Positions 25,619 through 40,014 of a stretch of 64,000 nucleotides of DNA are shown one piece after another (within the stretch, counting starts at the first letter, position 1; every line of letters starts with the position of its first letter). The notes beneath the pieces are model-generated. The model was not told the origin of the DNA, made no database searches, and was given only the letters and a program-made list of their open reading frames with translations. Made by a program: the position numbers and the translations under genes. Source of the DNA: Octopus vulgaris (taxonomy: Eukaryota). Where the stretch lies: contig OX597833.1 in assembly GCA_951406725.2 (NCBI GenBank), positions 65,286,001-65,350,000 of the forward strand, in the 5' to 3' direction.

Positions 25619-26465
25619 TATTCTGAATATCTCTTTATTGTATTTGCTTTTTTTATTGTTTGCCAGATTGGTTGATCGCTCTGATCTGTTTTGATATGTT
25701 TTAATTTATTCCAGGTGTTTTAAATCCAGACTTTTCCACTTTTGACGGACCATCATAATCAGCATTTTGGAAAATTATCAAGAGTCGAAGTTTTCAACAA
25801 AATCCTAAGTGCCATTGACCAAATCAGTCTTATCGGAATTCTGAAGTTGGTGTAAATTTAAGACTACATTTAAAATCTTTTATGCAATTTGCTTTTTATA
25901 ATAAAATCTCGTTGTGATAACTACATCACTTTTAGTTGTGTTTGTACAAGATATTCTTAAATCCTCGAGCGATTAATATTTTCTTCGCGCTTGTCTAAAA
26001 ACTTGCTACTTCCTGTAAAACTTATTTTTGTTTTGCGGTCCTTTGTATGTTGTCTTCCTGTTCCTGAAAGATATTTTCGAGTACAGCGATAACAAACCAA
26101 GGATCAATCTCCCGTGAATACTCCTTGTGACCTAACAGCTTTTTAAATTTTAGTTGAAGGAATATTTCAAATATTCCTCCTATTCAAAATTAAGTAAAAA
26201 GATGATTAAATACGCAACGCGAAAAGAAAACAGTTCGCAAAAATATTCAATCCGAATCTAAAGCGGAAAGAGAGATAATCAGCACGAAATACGGCTTTAC
26301 TTCCGGACCAATTAATACGATGCTTGACTGCGTTGAAAGATTCCATGTTCTTCATCCAAAGAGTGCCAAACTCTTTTAATATTTTTATCAAACATCTTTT
26401 AATGTCTTTAAATTCTCAAATTATTTAAATTTGATAGCAAGCAAGATGACTGAATCAAGAACACT

Positions 26466-26522
<57 letters not shown>

Positions 26523-26583
26523 CATATGTATATATACATATATACGTATACATACATATATACATACATATATACATACATGC

Positions 26584-26616
<33 letters not shown>

Positions 26617-26664
26617 TACATATATATGATATACATATATACATACATATACATATACATATAG

Positions 26665-26710
<46 letters not shown>

Positions 26711-27059
26711 CGTATGTAAATACACACATACTCACGCATACACTCGCATACACACACGTAAAGACACCTATATATATATATGAACTTTTATGAGTATTTG
26801 ATATACATATGCCTGCATGTACATCTGCGTATGCACGACCGTGTGTGTGTGTGTGTCCACCTGCTTGTCACAAATCAGCGTTTATCATTTTATATATGTA
26901 TCATTAATGGAATCTCAATTCATCTTAGCCAGGTGTAATTAAGACCAATTAATAATTACCGGGAAGCACTGCAATCTAAAATCAAGACAACCTCGTTGTT
27001 AACTTCTCTTATATAATTGAAATATGACTAAATGAGTTAAACAGGAGTGATTATTTGAT

Positions 27060-27190
27060 AAGAACTCGCTAGTGAAGCAAATGGTTTAAGGGTTCATTCC
27101 TACTCCGCAGCATATTCTACATATGTACACCACTCTCCGGCCGACTAAGGCCTTGTGGCTGGATATGGTAGATGGAAACTAAAGGAGGTG
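27060..27190 (+). mobile_element. SINE family B degenerate head
   Basis: gggttcattcctact...ggccgactaaggccttgtggctggatatggtagatggaaact. Confidence 0.55.
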
Positions 27191-28062
27191 CGTGAAGGGG
27201 TATACGACTTTATATTTTCTCGTCAGAAGTGAAATTGCATGTGGAAAATTATTTGGGAGGGAGGTGACACTACTCTTTCTGTTCGTGCGGAAACACTTTG
27301 GTGCCTGTAAGTGACGGAGTGCCCTACGTGTACGTTTATACACCTCGGAATTCCACACACCTTCCGTTTACCAAATTAATGCGTAGAATATTACCGATTC
27401 GCTGCCCTCAGCGCTCTGGGGATTACTCACTCAGAGTACTCGGCGTTAAAATACATGAAAGTCATTGACAGGGGAGACAAGCGAGACAGCTCACCATCTA
27501 AGAGTGACAGATACGATCTTTCCTCCATTTTGTGTGGCTTATCAACATCATATATCTTGAAATATCTGCGGACCAATCGATGACTATATACTAATAGTGT
27601 AAGAACCAATTTGATGGTATGCCACGACGATGAATATGTAAGATTTAATTTAATTACGAATTAAAAGAAGCACAAATGCAGCAAACATTACCGCCTTCAC
27701 ATGCTCAGTGTATGCGTTTTGCTTGTTGGACAATTCGCTGAATCGAACGACGTAAGTGGGGGAATCATTATAAACTCCTTACATTCAGGAGTTTTTGTTG
27801 AGAGTTCTTATGTGTGTTCTTCTGAGTCGATTCTTACTTCGATCATGGCAAACCTTTTGCCCCATGCGATATATTTTGTTTGTAAGCCCATATGGGCCGT
27901 GGACACTTTTCAACTATTTGTATAATGCACTGTGCCAGTCTTTTAGTTTTTATGCTCAGGGTTTTATAAATTATGTATTTTTTAAAATGCCCTGGAAAAA
28001 GATTTGTGGTGGGTTTAGTTTGATCCTTCTGACTTCTTTGTTTAATAACATCTAGTATCCTT

Positions 28063-28477
28063 AAGGCGGCGAGCTGGCAGAACCGTTAGCACGCCGGGCG
28101 AAATGCGTAGCCGTATTTCGTCTGCCGCTACGTTCTGAGTTCAAATTCCGCCGAGGTCGACTTTGCCTTTTATCTTTCGGGGTCGATTAAATAAATACCA
28201 GTTACGCACTGAAGTCGATATAATCGACTTAGTCCGTTTGTCTGTCCTTGTTCGTCCTCTCTGTGTTTAGCCCCTTGTGGGTAGTAAAGAAATAGGTATT
28301 TCGTCTGCCGCTATGTTCTGAGTTCAAATTCCGCCGAGGTCGACTTTGCCTTTCATCTTTCGGGGTCGATTAAATAAATACCAGTTACGCACTGAAGTCG
28401 ATGTAATCGACTTAATCCGTTTGTCTGTCCTTGTTTGTCCTCTCTGTGTTTAGCCCCTTGTGGGTAGTAAAGAAATA
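28063..28477 (+). mobile_element. SINE family A dimer, young
   Basis: Two near-identical units, the second starting ggtatttcgtctg at 28295. The 16-bp TSD aacatctagtatcctt is at 28047-28062 and 28478-28493. Confidence 0.92.
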
Positions 28478-29059
28478 AACATCTAGTATCCTTCTGCTGA
28501 GAAGGATACTAGATGTTATTTTTGCCTTAAAATAGAAACAAAATTACTTTGTTCATGTTCGTGGTGGTGGTGGTGGTAGTGGTGGTAGTATTGGTGGCAG
28601 TAGTGATAACAGTGGTGGTGGCAACGTTCATTGCCTTAGGAGTGTATTCATTGTCTCTGCTTCCCCTTCCCAGTCGTTCGGAAGGAACACTTCCGGTAAT
28701 ATCTATGCCGTCGTTACGTATGTGAGTGCTAAAGTGAAGATATATTTTCTTTTTTAGTTGTCGTTGGCAACAAAGGAAATTACTCATTGAAATTGGTTAC
28801 TGACGCATTTGTTAGTCTCAGAATGGCTTGCCATTTTTTTTCCTTCACAAACAAGAATTTTAAAGATGCAGTTTTAAAATCTGAAAATTCATCCTTATAT
28901 GTAGAATTTTCTGTGGAGAAACTCGACCAGGCGAAAGCATATGTTGTTAAGCTCCTATTCCACGTTCAAAATTTTTTCTTTCAAAAATTATTTGCAAATA
29001 CACATTAAGAAACAGATAAATTTTAAAGACTACGAGAGTCGAGGTGACAACAGACAGTT

Positions 29060-29445
<386 letters not shown>

Positions 29446-30093
29446 CATATACCTGTGCATGCGTGTAAACATCTGTGAATTTGCGATTTTGTGTGCGCGC
29501 GCGCGTGCGTTCGTGTGTGCGCGAGTGTGTGTTATTAGCTATAGGGCAAATAGCAATATATCTACGTATTGAATATCAATTAGAACGAGCGTGAGCGAGA
29601 AGAAATAATGATACAAGGTGTGTGGCTGGGGCGGAGAACAACGGAGATAGAGAGACCATAGCGCTAAATGTTAAAGAAAAATATCTAATTAATGAAGGAA
29701 ATACTTAAACCGATATCGTATTGCTTATGGCTGTTAGCAGAAAAGTTTATCCATTTAAGGACTTAACCGTATTAGACTTTTAATTACAAAACATATAGGT
29801 ATATCTTCATGTAGTCTTCTTCAAGGCTTTTTTTTTTTTATTTGTGTGTTGTAAATTATCTGTCTTAAATCCATCTTAATCGTGATTTATGTCTGTTTTG
29901 AAATCGTCTGCGTGTTATGAACAGATCTGTAATTTGAAACTGTGCGTCACATGTCTTTCAAATAAGTTTTGCAAAACCTCGGAGATTCCAACACCTAATA
30001 CATTATTTGTTCTGGTTAATATAATCTAAATTAATTCGAGGCTTCATTCCATTCGTTTTAGAGAAAATAATCTCTCTTTAGCTTATTTGTTAT

Positions 30094-30135
<42 letters not shown>

Positions 30136-31265
30136 TATACATATATATATATATGTGTGTGTATGTTTGCATATATGTATGTATATGTGCACGTATATAT
30201 TAAAGTATGTATTTATGTATGTGTGCACGCACATATATTTACGATATACACACATACACGTATACATTATACATACATAAATATATATATATATATATAT
30301 ACATCATATATCATATATATATATGTGTGTGTGAAAGAGTATGTGTCTCTCTTTCTCTCTATTTATGTGTGCGTATGCGTGCGTTAGTATGTGTGTACGT
30401 ACGTATGTATATATGTATATATGTAATAGTCGGCAATATATTCCTATATTAAATTTCCATTTGTTATGGAAATCTCATCGAAATTCCTCTGATCACCATT
30501 TTAAAAAGCCTGAATATCAGAGGCTTGTAACATAGATGGAGATATGAAGTACACATGTCATATCATTGTACCTCTCACTGAGTATCAATAATCAACAAAA
30601 TCCACGGAGAATAAACGGTGATATTTATCATTTAATATTGACAGCATAAAATGAAGATTATTTAAATAGAAGCGCACCAATGCATGCCAGAAAATATCTT
30701 GGGTGATTTGTCTTATCGGCAAATGTCTTTTATATACATCAAACATTGTAATATACATGAGGGCATATACGTGTTTCCCTCTTAATCATGTTTATATGCA
30801 TCAGAGATTGCAATGCAGATAAGGACCGATAACCAATCGCGTTTTTAATGTCGTTAATATTCTTCAAAGGGAGTAATTCTTCTCAGAACATGGCACCAAT
30901 TACCTGTTTAATGCTTATGCATTGACAGTGGTTTAATATTTCGCTGAAATGAACTGTGCAACGTACTTGAGTCCACGAGATAACCCTGCATCGACATATG
31001 TATATGTGCAGATGGGAACTGGAAACTCTGAGGAAGAATAACAGTTGGAAATGAATGTAATGCTATTTCATCACCGACTGAAAGCGAAAGAGATACTGGG
31101 CAAATATTACGAACATAACTCACTTTACGGTTAATATAAAGATTGACTCCAGTAACGAAAATAAAAACAAAACAGCCTGATAGGTGTTAAAAGCTGTGTA
31201 GAAAACGAATGTGTAGAAAATGAATGCAATGAAAATAACAAAAACTTGCGCAAACGAACGGAGTT

Positions 31266-31522
31266 GGGGTGGGGAGAGAACATTCGGAAAATTCACAAGA
31301 TCCGATTTTCCCCTCATAACTCTTTTTTGACTATTCGGAATCTGTCATTGAAAACATAGGAATCCGGTGAAAAAAAAATATAGTTACGAGGGGGTGGGGG
31401 AACTAGGGATCGTGTAAACTTTCCGACATTCCTCTCCCCACCCTTTCAGAAAACATTTTCCTCAGAAACGTCCTTAGAACGGTATTTCTGTAAAATTGAT
31501 GAAATTTTATAGAAATACCGTT
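31266..31522. repeat. Two adjacent foldback (inverted repeat) structures, possibly a Helentron/MITE remnant
   Basis: ggggtggggagag..ttcggaaaatt.ac..gatcc (31266-31303) pairs with ggatc..gtaaactttccga..cctctccccacccc (31407-31443). The second hairpin is gaacggtatttctgtaaaatt / aattttatagaaataccgttc (31477-31522). Confidence 0.7.
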
Positions 31523-31545
31523 CATATGGTATATATTATCATTAT

Positions 31546-31929
31546 GTGGAGGCGCAATGGCCCAGTGGTTAGGGCAGTGGACTCGCGGTCATAGGATCGC
31601 GGTTTCGATTCCCAGACCGGGCGTTGTGAGTGTTTATTGAGCGTAAATACCTAAAGCTCCACGAGACTCCGGCAGGGATGGTGGTGATCCCTGCTGTGCT
31701 CTCTCACCACAACTTTCTCTCACTCTTACTTCCTGTTTCTGTTGTACCTGTATTTCAAAGGGCCGGCCTTGTCACTCTCTGTGTCACGCTGAATATCCCC
31801 GAGAACTATGTTAAGGGTACACGTGTCTGTGGAGTGCTCAGCCACATACACGTTAATTTCACGAGCAGGCTGTTCCGTTGACTCGGATCAACCGGAACCC
31901 TCGTCGTCGTAACCGACGGAGTGTTTCCC
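31546..31929 (+). mobile_element. SINE family C with tail type 2, full length
   Basis: A box tggcccagtgg and B box gtttcgattcc. TSD attatcattat is at 31535-31545 and 31930-31940. Confidence 0.92.
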
Positions 31930-32300
31930 ATTATCATTATAAAGACATTTCGATTTATAATTACGATTATGACATAGCCAGTGACTAGTAAACTAGTAAT
32001 ATTTTGTTGGAAATAATCCATTGAATTAGCAGTGAGGTGATTACATCGGTCAGAATCGTTAAGAAGAGAAAAAATAAAACCGACGCATACGACAGGTATG
32101 TAAAATATATTTTGTGTGCTTCTTCCTCTGTTCATTCGGATAAGCTGTAGAAACTGTTGCACGCACACACAAACACCAAAATTCTCCAGACATTTAGATA
32201 TTATTCTTAGCATATCGTGTTTTGTAGACGGTTTGTCTGCGCGGTTCACCTTTGATGATTTGTCTACACGATTCACCAGTATAGGGGAACTTTGGGACAT

Positions 32301-32548
32301 TGCGGTGTTTCCACCTCGTTGTCAGCCTTCTCAGTCGAAGCGACAATCCAGCTGAACAGATGAATCGGGAAAGAAAACTATCTTTTCTTTATAGGAAGCA
32401 ATAAACGATTTATTTGTTGATTTGCTATTGTCAACAAATCGTTTGTTTGTTGATTCCTATAAACAAGCTCTCATACTACTGTTAGTTTCGTTAATCTGGC
32501 AGGGAGGTTTTCAGTGGAGAGACACACGATGAGGTGGAAACACCGCAG
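32301..32548. repeat. Nested inverted repeat (foldback/MITE-like)
   Basis: Outer arms tgcggtgtttccacctc / gaggtggaaacaccgca. Inner hairpin tttataggaa..atttgttga / tcaacaaat..ttcctataaa (32388-32463). Confidence 0.6.
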
Positions 32549-33195
32549 TGACTTGAACTATGCTTACCTTGGTAGTCTGTCGAATCACACGTGTTATGAA
32601 CGGATATCGCCTGAAGGGCGGAAAGCGTTCTCCTATGCAGAATGACAAAACAATAGCGGTATGATATCCAGCTGTCTGATCGTTCTCAGAACGATTAGGT
32701 ATGTAAATATTCCTCGGTGATATAGAAAAGGTCACCCTTATTTGGTCCAGGTTCCGTGATATATTGAAGTAAATTTCGTGGTGTCTTCAACGCCTTTTAA
32801 TTATGTACAAAAACATCTAAATATAAAGTTTGTGTGTGTCTGTGCGTGTGTGTGTCTGCGTGTGTGTGTCTGCGTATGAGTGTACGTGCTAGAAAAATGT
32901 TTTATGTTGTGGAAAAATACATATGCTTATGAAATAAAACAGTTACACTATCAACCGGTTTCGTTTATACACGTCATTATTAAGTCTTTAGTGATTACAT
33001 GTTGACATTCCATGTTAGCAGGGGAACAGATATTTTGTAAATGAATAAGAACTTAAATAAGGGATAATCAGCTATTTGTATCATTAGAAGCAGAAAAGGT
33101 ATTTATCCTATTTTTGGGAAATGAATTTAAAATATGTAGGTTAAAACAACATATCGTTATGAACGAAAATATTTAGTTAGCCCAAGAATTGTAAC

Positions 33196-33249
33196 ATATA
33201 TATATATATATATATATATAGATAATAGATAATAGATATATATATATAT

Positions 33250-33283
<34 letters not shown>

Positions 33284-33321
33284 GATGAGGATGGATGGAT
33301 GGATGGATGGATGGATGGATG

Positions 33322-33392
<71 letters not shown>

Positions 33393-33396
33393 GATA

Positions 33397-33462
<66 letters not shown>

Positions 33463-33510
33463 GATGGATGGATGGATGGATGGATGGATGGATGGATGGA
33501 TGGATGGATG

Positions 33511-33574
<64 letters not shown>

Positions 33575-33575
33575 T
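33196..33575. repeat. (TA)n/(GATA)n/(GATG)n compound microsatellite
   Basis: Directly visible. Confidence 0.95.
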
Positions 33576-34135
33576 GTATGTATATATGAAATGTAGTGTT
33601 CCTTCATAGAGAGATGACCAAAAAATACTCTATCTGGTTAGAGATGAATATTATTTAACGGACAAAATCCATGTCTTCATATGCTACTATTACTGTGATA
33701 ATTGAGAAATGTTTCCAGCATATTCATCAGACAAAAACCACATGTATCAAATGCGGTTTATGCTCCATGAATTATGCTCGAGATATTTCTCAGCATATGA
33801 ATCTATTAGTAACACCGAAAGACATGTATCGTGTACATGTGAATTTGTGTGTGGGTGTATGTATATATATATGCACATGCATACATGTTTTATATATATA
33901 CATATAACCACGAACAAAACATAGCTAGTCTTGTGCGAAAATTTGGACGTAACATTAGTATGAATATATTGATATATGTGTATACATGAATATATGTATA
34001 TACGTGTGTGTGTATATATATATATGTGTGTATAATATACACATACGTTCATATGTATATACTTACATATATATATATAATAATATATGCATATTTTTGC
34101 ATATACATTGGTATATACATGCCTATATATGTGCT

Positions 34136-34180
<45 letters not shown>

Positions 34181-34189
34181 CACACATAC

Positions 34190-34224
<35 letters not shown>

Positions 34225-34251
34225 CATACACATGCATACCTACACGCACAG

Positions 34252-34286
<35 letters not shown>

Positions 34287-34307
34287 CATATATACACACA
34301 CATGCAT

Positions 34308-34340
<33 letters not shown>

Positions 34341-34679
34341 CACACAAAATGGAAAGCAGCAAACAATTATACCAATAATTTCCTATTAATTAATCTTTAG
34401 TCATTTAATGATTTGATCTGGAATAAACTCTAATGAAATGACGACGCTCGGTTGTCAAGGTTTCAGAAGATTTCAAACATAAATGGAATCGGATGTTCAT
34501 TTTAAATGGAATATTAATCTTGAATATTGTAATTTATTTAAGAAATGATGAAAAATGTTTGATTTATATATGTGGTTTTATTAATAAAGAAGCAGGGAAG
34601 TATCGTAATTAGCTGGCGTCTTAATTATCATTAATGTCAGCCGTCGTTATTTTGATTGAAAACCTATTTTCCTACTTTT

Positions 34680-34868
34680 CGTCATCTTCATCTTCCTCCT
34701 CCTCATCTGCATCATCGTTGTCGTCGACATCACCATCATCATTATCATCATTATCATCATCGTCATCGCCGACGTCATCATCGTCTTCATCATCATCAGC
34801 AACATCATCATTTTCATCGTCGTCGTCACCATCATCATCACCATAGACAACAACACCATCACCACCAA
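34680..34868. repeat. Imperfect (TCA/TCG)n trinucleotide repeat
   Basis: Directly visible. Confidence 0.9.
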
Positions 34869-35071
34869 AGTAATACACACTGTTGCTATGTGGTGTTCCT
34901 GGTTTTCTCATTTGTAATATTAAAACTCAAAAAGTGTGTGTGTGTGTATGTGTGTGTTGGAACATGTATCTCTCCTTCCTCCCTTTCTATCACTCACTCT
35001 CAGTTCCTGTATCTATTTATCTCCATCTATTTATTTACCACACACACACACATACACACACACACACACAC

Positions 35072-35116
<45 letters not shown>

Positions 35117-35120
<4 letters not shown>

Positions 35121-35281
35121 AGGGTTTACGAAAAAAAAAAGACGAAGACAGGTGGTATACAAAACAAGCAGATGTATTAGTATAACGCTCAGGAATATAA
35201 AAAGTATTTTACGTTTCGAGCCTACGCTCTTCTACAGAAAGGAACACAGAAAGAAACAAGGAGAGAAAATGGAGAGAAAAA
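35117..35281 (-). mobile_element. Short hammerhead-bearing element, family PLE-N1
   Basis: Minus 35207-35240 reads TTT-CTGTAGA-a-GAGC-gtag-GCTC-GAAA-C-GT-A-AAA. Homologous to 46520-46677 and 46788-46940, with (TA)n on both sides. Confidence 0.7.
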
Positions 35282-35423
35282 TATATACAGATATATATAT
35301 ATATATACATTCATATATATATATATATATATATCTATATATCTATATATATATATATATACACGCATATGTACATACACACACACATATATGATCTGAA
35401 AAGAAGTCAAAGAGTTTATTGAC

Positions 35424-35540
35424 CAGTTACAGTTGTCTCGTTACCACTCTGTCTTAACGACATCTCATGCCAAATTCCCCTGCGGAAAGTCACAGGACGT
35501 CTGTGATTTTACAGAGTAAAGCGGTACTTCGTCAGAACTG
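35424..35540 (-). ncRNA. Degenerate type I hammerhead motif with long stem II insert
   Basis: The minus strand reads CAGT-t-CTGACGA-a-GTACCGCT...AGTGGTAaC-GAGA-CAACTG-TA-ACTG. GAAA has mutated to GAGA. Confidence 0.45.
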
Positions 35541-35746
35541 CATCTGTAGGTGCGCTTTCAGGTTGTGTAACTGTGAAGCGTTTTAAGTAGCTTACGCTGC
35601 GTGGAAAGAACAAGTATAGATTGGGAATGAAAATGGTGAAATAGCAGAGAGGACCAAGTCAATATCAACACTAAGATATAAAGATAGAATGAGGAGGATG
35701 AGGAGCAACAGAAGGAGGGGCAAGGGTAGGAGGGGTATGCAGATGT

Positions 35747-35779
35747 GAAGAAGAAGAAGAAGAAGAAGAAGAAGAAGAA

Positions 35780-35811
<32 letters not shown>

Positions 35812-35818
35812 AAAAGAA

Positions 35819-35864
<46 letters not shown>

Positions 35865-35942
35865 AGAAGAAGAAGAAGAAGAAGAAGAAGAAGAAGAAGA
35901 AGAAGAAGAAGAAGAAGGAGGAGGAGGAGAAGAAGAAGAAAG
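35747..35942. repeat. (GAA)n polypurine microsatellite
   Basis: About 195 bp of GAA/GGA. It is the source of the poly-K, poly-R, poly-L, poly-F and poly-S ORFs. Confidence 0.97.
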
Positions 35943-36295
35943 CAAACCTGTTTATGCAGGGTCTGATGATGGGACATTGTTTTTATAAAGGCAAATATTA
36001 CGTAACGTTACCCATGGAATTTTAGGGTGCAAAGGCGTTTAAAGAGTATGATATCGAGACAGTCGTAACTGGACTGTAAAGATGTTCTAATTTTATCTTC
36101 TTATTTGGCTGGTATTTTAGTTTGCGCTAGACACCAAATTAGAATCACAAGTATGATAATGAGTTTTCTATCCCAGCGGAGTTTCTATCTTTTTAGATCG
36201 CCACAGGATTCTGATCAGTGGTGAATTATTGAAAATTATTGAAATTACTCCAAATGTCTACACTTTCAGTACCATATCACACACGCACACACATT

Positions 36296-36795
<500 letters not shown>

Positions 36796-37651
36796 GTAAC
36801 TGCGCACGTGCTGTTGGCGATTACTTTCCCTTTGGACTTTTTCCCTTCACCTTTTCGACGAAAACCTAAGCTCGAAAAGTCAAAATCTCTCTCTTCACCG
36901 AGTGTCAAGCTAATATATTTTTGCGTACGTCCTATTGTTGTCCATTAACTTTATTCGTTTATTAGAATTGATTGTTTACTGGAAATAATTGACTATCTAT
37001 ATATATATATAAACAGAAATTGGACGAAAATATACGATAACATTGGAAAATATTTAATCATTCTACAAAAATTATAAGGAAACGAGCAGGTTATATATGT
37101 ATGTGTGTCTGTGTATGTTTGTACATATCCATGCGCTGATGTATGGGAAATATGTATTTATGCGAGTATCTATGTATGCAAAGGCATACATATATGTGCG
37201 TGTGTGTCTGTGTATGTGCGCATCTTTGTGTGTTTATGTTTGTATGTGTGTGTGTGTGTCCTCTCTCTCTCTCTCTCTCTGTTTATACTGGTTTGTTTAA
37301 ACTAAATTACCTTTGCAGACGTTTATCGTTAGATTTTTATCACCATAGTAACATTTATTATCAGCATATTTCGCAAAATTTCTATTTCATTGTCTACAAT
37401 ATTTTGTTTGAAGGAATTGGAAAATCTGTTATCAGACTTCCTCTTTTTGTCTCTTATATATATTTATATCTGATCTGTGGTGCTCAGTAAATTCTATCTA
37501 GATATCGAAGTCCCATAGAATGTTTAGTTCACCTGGTTTATAAAGCTTCTAATCTGCTATGGGATTGTATAACCTGACTGGAGTATTGTATTCAAAGCGT
37601 TTATAAAATGTCGATTCTAAAATCGAAAAAAATTTATCATGACACCGCTTA

Positions 37652-38066
37652 TAAGGCGGCGAGCTGGCAGAAACGTTAGCGCGCCGGGCGAAATGCTTAG
37701 CGGTATTACGTCTGTCGTTACATTCTCAGTTCTAATTCCGCCGAGGTCGACTTTGCCTTTCATCCTCTCGGGGTTGATAAATAAAATACCAGTTTCGCAC
37801 TGCGGTCGATGTAATCAACTTAATCCCTTTGTCTGTCCGTGTTTGTCCTCTCTGTGTTTAGCCCCTTGTCGGTAGTAAAGAAATAGGTATTTCGTCTGTT
37901 GTTAAGTTCTGAGTTCAAATTCCGCCGAGGTCGATTTTGCTTTTCATCCTTTCGGAGTCGATAAATAAAGTACCAATTTCGCACTGGGGTCGATATAATC
38001 CACTTAATCCGTTTGTCAGTCCTTGTTTGTCACCTATATGTTTAGCTCCTTTTGTGGGCCGCAAAG

Positions 38067-38070
<4 letters not shown>
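37652..38070 (+). mobile_element. SINE family A dimer
   Basis: The second unit starts ggtatttcgtctg at 37886, after aaagaaata. Confidence 0.9.
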
Positions 38071-38118
<48 letters not shown>

Positions 38119-38394
38119 CCAAGCATTTCTAGATTTAGTTATCGGAATATTATGTTGATGAAGGAAATGAATCTCTGATTTTAATCCAGAAACGTATGCG
38201 TCCATAACTGACCGGACATTGTTTGATTTCGTTGTTTTTCTTCGTTTTTTTTTTTTTTTTGCCATAGTTAGTTACAAATACTGTTGTCGATGGGGACATA
38301 TTTTTGTAGTAAAAGAAATAACAGTCTTCTTGCTGCTATCTCTAATACTTTCGGTATGTGGTCTAGCAACCTGTTGCAAAGACCCTCATTGTTA

Positions 38395-38458
<64 letters not shown>

Positions 38459-38574
38459 CGTTCTGAGCTGAAATATTTTGTGTATATTACAGTGCATATA
38501 CAGAAGCGAGAACGGTTCCAGCTGGTGGGTGAAACCTGTCCACATAACTCACTCAGTTTATATATATTCAATGA

Positions 38575-38877
38575 AAGTGCTTAACCTAGCGGTTAAGGAG
38601 TACCTCTCGCGATCGTTATATCGTGAGATGTATACCCAGAGCTGAACGGCGCGCTGTGTTCTTGAACAAAACACTTCATTTCACATTGATCCAGTTCCCT
38701 CACCTGCAAATGAGAAACCCAGCGACGGAGCAGCTTCCGATCTGGAGGAATGTTGGCCTGCCCGCCTACCCCACGATGCAGTGTATTTCGAAACCTAAAA
38801 TGATGAAAAGCTCATTGTGACCAACCATGTAGTATAGCAACATTCGATATTCTGGTCGGTCACGTGATTTCGTGATA
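38575..38877 (+). mobile_element. Old CORE-like SINE with a different head but tail type 1
   Basis: CORE-like tgtgttcttgaacaaaacactt. The tail tgttggcctgc...cattgtgacca...ctggtcggtcacgtgat is shared with 7031-7160. Confidence 0.65.
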
Positions 38878-38894
38878 TATATTTTATATATTTT

Positions 38895-39290
38895 AACCTT
38901 TGTTGGTTCAGTGATTGGATTGCAGCCATGCTGAACCAACGCCTTGAAGAATATTTCTAAAACTGGAAATTATTCTGTCGATCATTTTAAAGAAGCGCTA
39001 GGTTAGGGAAGCGTAAACACCCAACGTCGTTGTCAGGCCTTGCCGGAGGATAAACACTAAACATATGCACAGTCACACACTTATGCGCGTACTCACATGC
39101 ACTCATACACACACATGCACACACACACATATATATGTATAGGAAGTGGTTCTAACAGCTTCCTAATATATACACTGATAATGTCTTGTTCCGCTCGAAG
39201 ACATAGTAGAAGAGACTCCTCCAAGGTGCCACGTAATGGGTCCGAACCTAGACCCATGCCTTTAGGAACCAAACTTCTTACCACACAGTT
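38895..39290 (-). mobile_element. SINE family B, degenerate
   Basis: ttcagt..ttgcagccatgctg...aaggtgccacgtaatgggtccgaacc...cttcttaccacacag. Confidence 0.7.
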
Positions 39291-39603
39291 ATGCATGTAC
39301 ATCTATATTCATATTTAAATTCATTGGGGTAAAATTAGGGCAAATATCTTCACACTAAGCACACATTTTTGCACAAATGACTTAATTTACTGACTTTCTG
39401 TTAAGAACTTGCTTACTGATTTATTGACTATATTTTAAACAATTAAGTCAGTTAATGATAATCAGAGCTTCTGTGAAAAAATAATTTGCATGATCAAACG
39501 TTCATATTTTCACTTCAAAGATTTTCACTTCAAAAATCCCAGCTTAACGTTCTGTCACACAATCTAGCTAACTGCGTGAATATCTGTATATCTATCTATC
39601 AGC

Positions 39604-39693
<90 letters not shown>

Positions 39694-39746
39694 ATCAATT
39701 TATCTACCTATCTATCTATATATCTACCTATCTATCTATCTATCTA

Positions 39747-39793
<47 letters not shown>

Positions 39794-39841
39794 ATATCTA
39801 TGAACATACCCATATCTATGTATATACATACATCCATAGAT

Positions 39842-39900
<59 letters not shown>

Positions 39901-39975
39901 CATGCAAATATGTACACACATGCATATATAAACGTATACATATATATATATGGAGGGATGGAGGGACATATACAC

Positions 39976-40014
<39 letters not shown>

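Noticed and set aside
25620-26460. Coding-like A-rich minus-strand stretch
   Set aside because: The frames examined contain multiple stops and no recognisable domain. BLASTX would be needed.
27700-28040. Possible LINE ORF1-like remnant (KYIAWGKRFAMIEVRIDSEE) on the minus strand
   Set aside because: Short, interrupted by stops, and the similarity is only impressionistic.
31546-31625. tRNA-like sequence with A and B boxes
   Set aside because: It has no proper acceptor stem, continues into a SINE body, is multi-copy and is TSD-flanked, so it is a SINE head and not a tRNA gene.
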